Below are positions 9,502 through 12,348 of a DNA stretch of 12,348 bases, piece after piece. Numbering within the stretch: the first letter of the stretch is position 1; the number at the start of each line of letters is the position of its first letter. The DNA comes from Azolla caroliniana. Lineage: Eukaryota > Plantae > Polypodiophyta. The stretch lies in assembly GCA_043228905.1 (NCBI GenBank), contig JBHGNT010001075.1, forward strand, positions 1 through 12,348. The letters are read 5' to 3'. Position numbers and translations under genes: made by a program. The notes beneath the pieces were generated by a model. The model did not search any database and had not been told where the DNA came from. It saw nothing but the letters and a program-made list of their open reading frames with translations.

Positions 9502-9574
9502 GGATAAGTTAGTATAATGGTAAGGTTGGGGTTTGTTTATGTGAATGTATAAGGTTTGAATCTTGCCCTATGCA
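9502..9574 (+). other. Degenerate tRNA-like/Pol III A-B box sequence inside the 737-bp element
   Basis: TAGTATAATGG (9510-9520) and GGTTTGAATCT (9553-9563), followed by an A-run. Stems are poor. Confidence 0.4.
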
Positions 9575-9681
9575 TGTAATAAAAAAATTTAATATTTTAT
9601 TTTATTTATTATACTGTACTTTAAATCGGATATAGTATTTTACATATTTCACATAGTGTGTGATTCACACTACGACACCAT

Positions 9682-9819
9682 GGAAACCAATTGTTGTTTC
9701 AAGGACACATCCCAAATTTGATAGATATATTGAAGGAGAAAGTAAAGATAGGAATTTTAGAACTATCCAACGCACCTTACTCGAACAATTGATTCAAAAT
9801 TTCGAAGAAGAATGAGACC
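9682..9819 (+). pseudogene. Short remnant of a gypsy reverse transcriptase N-terminus (different family from element 2)
   Basis: Manual translation gives (TVP)WKPIVVSRTHPK, frameshift, LIDILKEKVKIGILELSNAPYSNN*FKISKKNET. This is comparable to element 2's [30 protein letters not shown] (G.I/L..S..P......KK.G/ET). Confidence 0.65.
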
Positions 9820-9974
9820 ACAAGGGAAGGGAGTAGCAATGTCGCATAAATGTGTGTCTATGTCCTGGGGGACCACAAGGGACTTGAACCAAGGAGGGCA
9901 TGATGTTGTGAGAAGACTTCTAAACCCCTTAGTGGGTTTCGTTGTGTAATTTCCCCTTTTGGTGAATTGCATTC

Positions 9975-10197
9975 TAGACTCGAGGAAACAATAGAATTGA
10001 TGAAAACCTAGACCCAAGTTGAGTAAACTCTAGATTTGAGGAAACCTCAAAGTCAAGGAAAACCAAGACTCAATTCAAGGAAAGTTGAAACTCATGGAAC
10101 CCTTAGAGTCAAGGAAACTTTAGATTCAAGGAAAGCTTAGACTCGATTCAAGAAAATCTTTCGACTTGAGGAAACCTCAAAGTTGAGGAATTCCCTC
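9975..10197. repeat. Minisatellite of about 12 units of 16-23 bp, consensus ~TAGACTCRAGGAAACYT
   Basis: tagactcgaggaaacaa / tagaattgatgaaaacc / tagacccaagttgagtaaactc / tagatttgaggaaacctc / ... / tagagtcaaggaaactt / tagattcaaggaaagct / tagactcgattcaagaaaatctt ... Confidence 0.8.
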
Positions 10198-12348
10198 ACC
10201 TTTTATCAATGTCGCAATTCAAACACGTTGCCTCTTTCACATTCTCTCCCTTTTACCACGATAGCGCTCAAGTGGCTAAGCACATGATTAGGGCTTAGTA
10301 CACTTTTTTAGTACAATGAAAGTATATTAAGGTAACGTCCACTAATTTGTTCACAAATTATATTCCCCTTTCCGAAAGCAGGGTTTACAATGAGCAATTA
10401 CAAATGAGGAATACAAAGAGATACTTTCAAGGAAAATAGCTACAAAGAAATAGAATAAACTAGGAGAAAGGATTCTTAACTTTTGGTGGCCCAAGCTCAC
10501 AAGCATCAGTTGTTGCACCCTTTGTTATAGCTTTCATGCCCTCTTGAATATCCTCCTTCATCAGTCACTTTCATCTTCATCCATCGCTTGAATATCCCAA
10601 GAAAGATTTTTTTCTCAAAGAGTCACTTGTGCATTGTGGGTTTTGTTGCATAGTTGAAGTAAATGTTCTCTACAAAATGCATCAAGATGGTTCATCTTGC
10701 CTACTCTAGAAACTCCCTAGCTTTTTTTGCCATGGTTGGTAGTTTTGTGGTCTTTCCAAACATTTTGATCAGTTTTCAAATGCTCCTTCCATAGGGCAAA
10801 GTTTTTTATCTCAAATTGTGTGTATATTGCTGGAAAATGTCCTTACAAATCCCAATTATCAATTTAATTGAAATTGGTTTCATCATAAGAATAGCTCCCT
10901 CAAACTAACTAGTTCTAATACCATTTTATTAGAGTAACGACTTGTAGGAGGGAAAGGAAGAAATGTGCACTGAGAGTAGTCAAGAGAACTAGCTTTGCAT
11001 CAACCCTTTATATAGCCAATATACAATGTAATTTGGGACTTTTTAGTGTATAATGGACATTTTGGGTGTAGAGTTTTTATGTCTGGCAACACTCTATATT
11101 TAACGCGATAGAAAATGGAAATTTTGTACTCAATTGTTTCTAAATCCGTGTCTATGGTTTTTCTTGTTGAAGTGACATTTATTGAGAAATCTCAAAAGGA
11201 AGTTAAGGGATTCTACATTTGAGTGGTCAATGGTTTGGATATGCCATCAAACACCATAGGTGCAACTTCATGCCAACTTCCCTCCATTTTATAAACCTTG
11301 CACCGGCCATATGATCATAAAGAGGTTTTATCCTTTGAGTAACAACTTTGACTTCTCGAACTCCACCATCCATAACTCAACAACTAATTTACGATCCTCC
11401 AAGTTTGTTATACTAGTCTCATTCCACTACATTACCTAAGCATTTGTTGTCATGGACATGTGTAAAGTCAAGCCTAATACGCAATCAATTGTATCATCAC
11501 AATTGCATGCATCATGTCCCCTACATTGAGGGGATTAAAACCATGGATTCAAAACTTCCACTAACTTTACATCCACCAAGTCTATAGCAGCAAAAAGCTT
11601 ACAAGAATCCAAAATGGTGATCATCTTGAATGTCAACATAGTTCATTCTATCGAGCTTGCCCTTCAAAAGCATTGTTTGTCATGGCCTTGTCTCATCAAC
11701 AAGTCCAACTTGTTCATACCATTTAATTCTCTTGATAGAGTGCGCATCATCCTTCTTCACATGTTTCTTAAATCTCTTCCTCTAACTCTTGTCATCCAAC
11801 TTGTCCATAAGCATTATATCTCTTATACCATATAAATTTCAAGTGGATAGGACCAACACAATCAAATTGAAAGACAAAGAGACATAATAGAAGAAATAGA
11901 GATAATAATATATAGCAAAGCATTTAAGCATGACTATGAATAGATGGGTAACACAATGAATGTGTAAGCATTTGTGCTTCTAAGCAAACATATGCAAATG
12001 CAATAAGTTTAACAATCTAGTTTACTCAACTATGGTTGCTTTTATAGGAGTAGGCTTCCTAGCCTAATGATTATGTTAGGCTAGTTCATTACCTCCTCAA
12101 CCACCCACTCTTCCGGATCATGATCAAAAGTTCTAATAGGTCTTGTGCCAACAACATCTTCAACATGTAAAAGATGTTACAATAACTCAAAACTAGAGCA
12201 CATATCTAATAATATGTGTGGAACCATAAACATGTCCCTTAGATGGTTGTGGCCATCTTTATTGTTAGTTATTTATAAACTTACTTTGGGAGGATATTTC
12301 TATTAGTTAGATGTACGTGTTGTTTCTTTTCATTGGATGAGATGATAT

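Larger units (their letters stand above)
8941..9677 (-). mobile_element. 737-bp solo-LTR-like insertion with TGTCGT...ACGACA ends and 4-bp TSD CCGT/CCAT
   Basis: 6-bp terminal inverted repeat. Flanks CCGT (8937-8940) and CCAT (9678-9681). TATA palindrome TCCTTATATAAGGA at 9224-9237. Removal rejoins aca gta ccg tgg aaa cca att (TVPWKPI), leading into an RT remnant. Orientation is inferred. Confidence 0.7.

Noticed and set aside
9975-10197. CRISPR-like array
   Set aside because: Units are contiguous and degenerate with no unique spacers, there are no cas genes, and the context is eukaryotic; it is a minisatellite.
11614-11835. ORF 11614-11835(+) and other short ORFs at 1376-2183, 7463-7697 and 9763-10017 as genes
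   Set aside because: Short, no recognisable domains, and located in LTR or decayed repeat DNA.

Overview
Eukaryotic, TE-dense heterochromatic DNA with no intact host gene. It is most likely plant, possibly a bryophyte such as a moss (inferred from the TE types). The window is a nest of decayed Ty3/gypsy LTR retrotransposons: (1) a minus-strand element with LTR ~794-1355, a tRNA-Ala-like PBS and a broken gag running off the left edge; (2) a plus-strand chromovirus with single-frame gag-PR-RT-RH-IN-chromodomain (2342-7285, several stops), PPT and 3' LTR from 7272, but no recognisable 5' LTR; (3) further LTR and RT remnants plus a minisatellite at 8.3-10.2 kb. The most notable structure is a 509-bp non-coding foldback insertion in gag (2790-3298) with 214-bp near-perfect inverted arms, TGTCG...CGACA ends and a 4-bp ACGG (=CCGT) target duplication. 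A second, LTR-like 737-bp insertion (8941-9677) has the same terminus and the same CCGT target. Together they suggest a CCGT-targeting gypsy/Ginger-type integrase system that mobilises both LTR-like and TIR-like elements.
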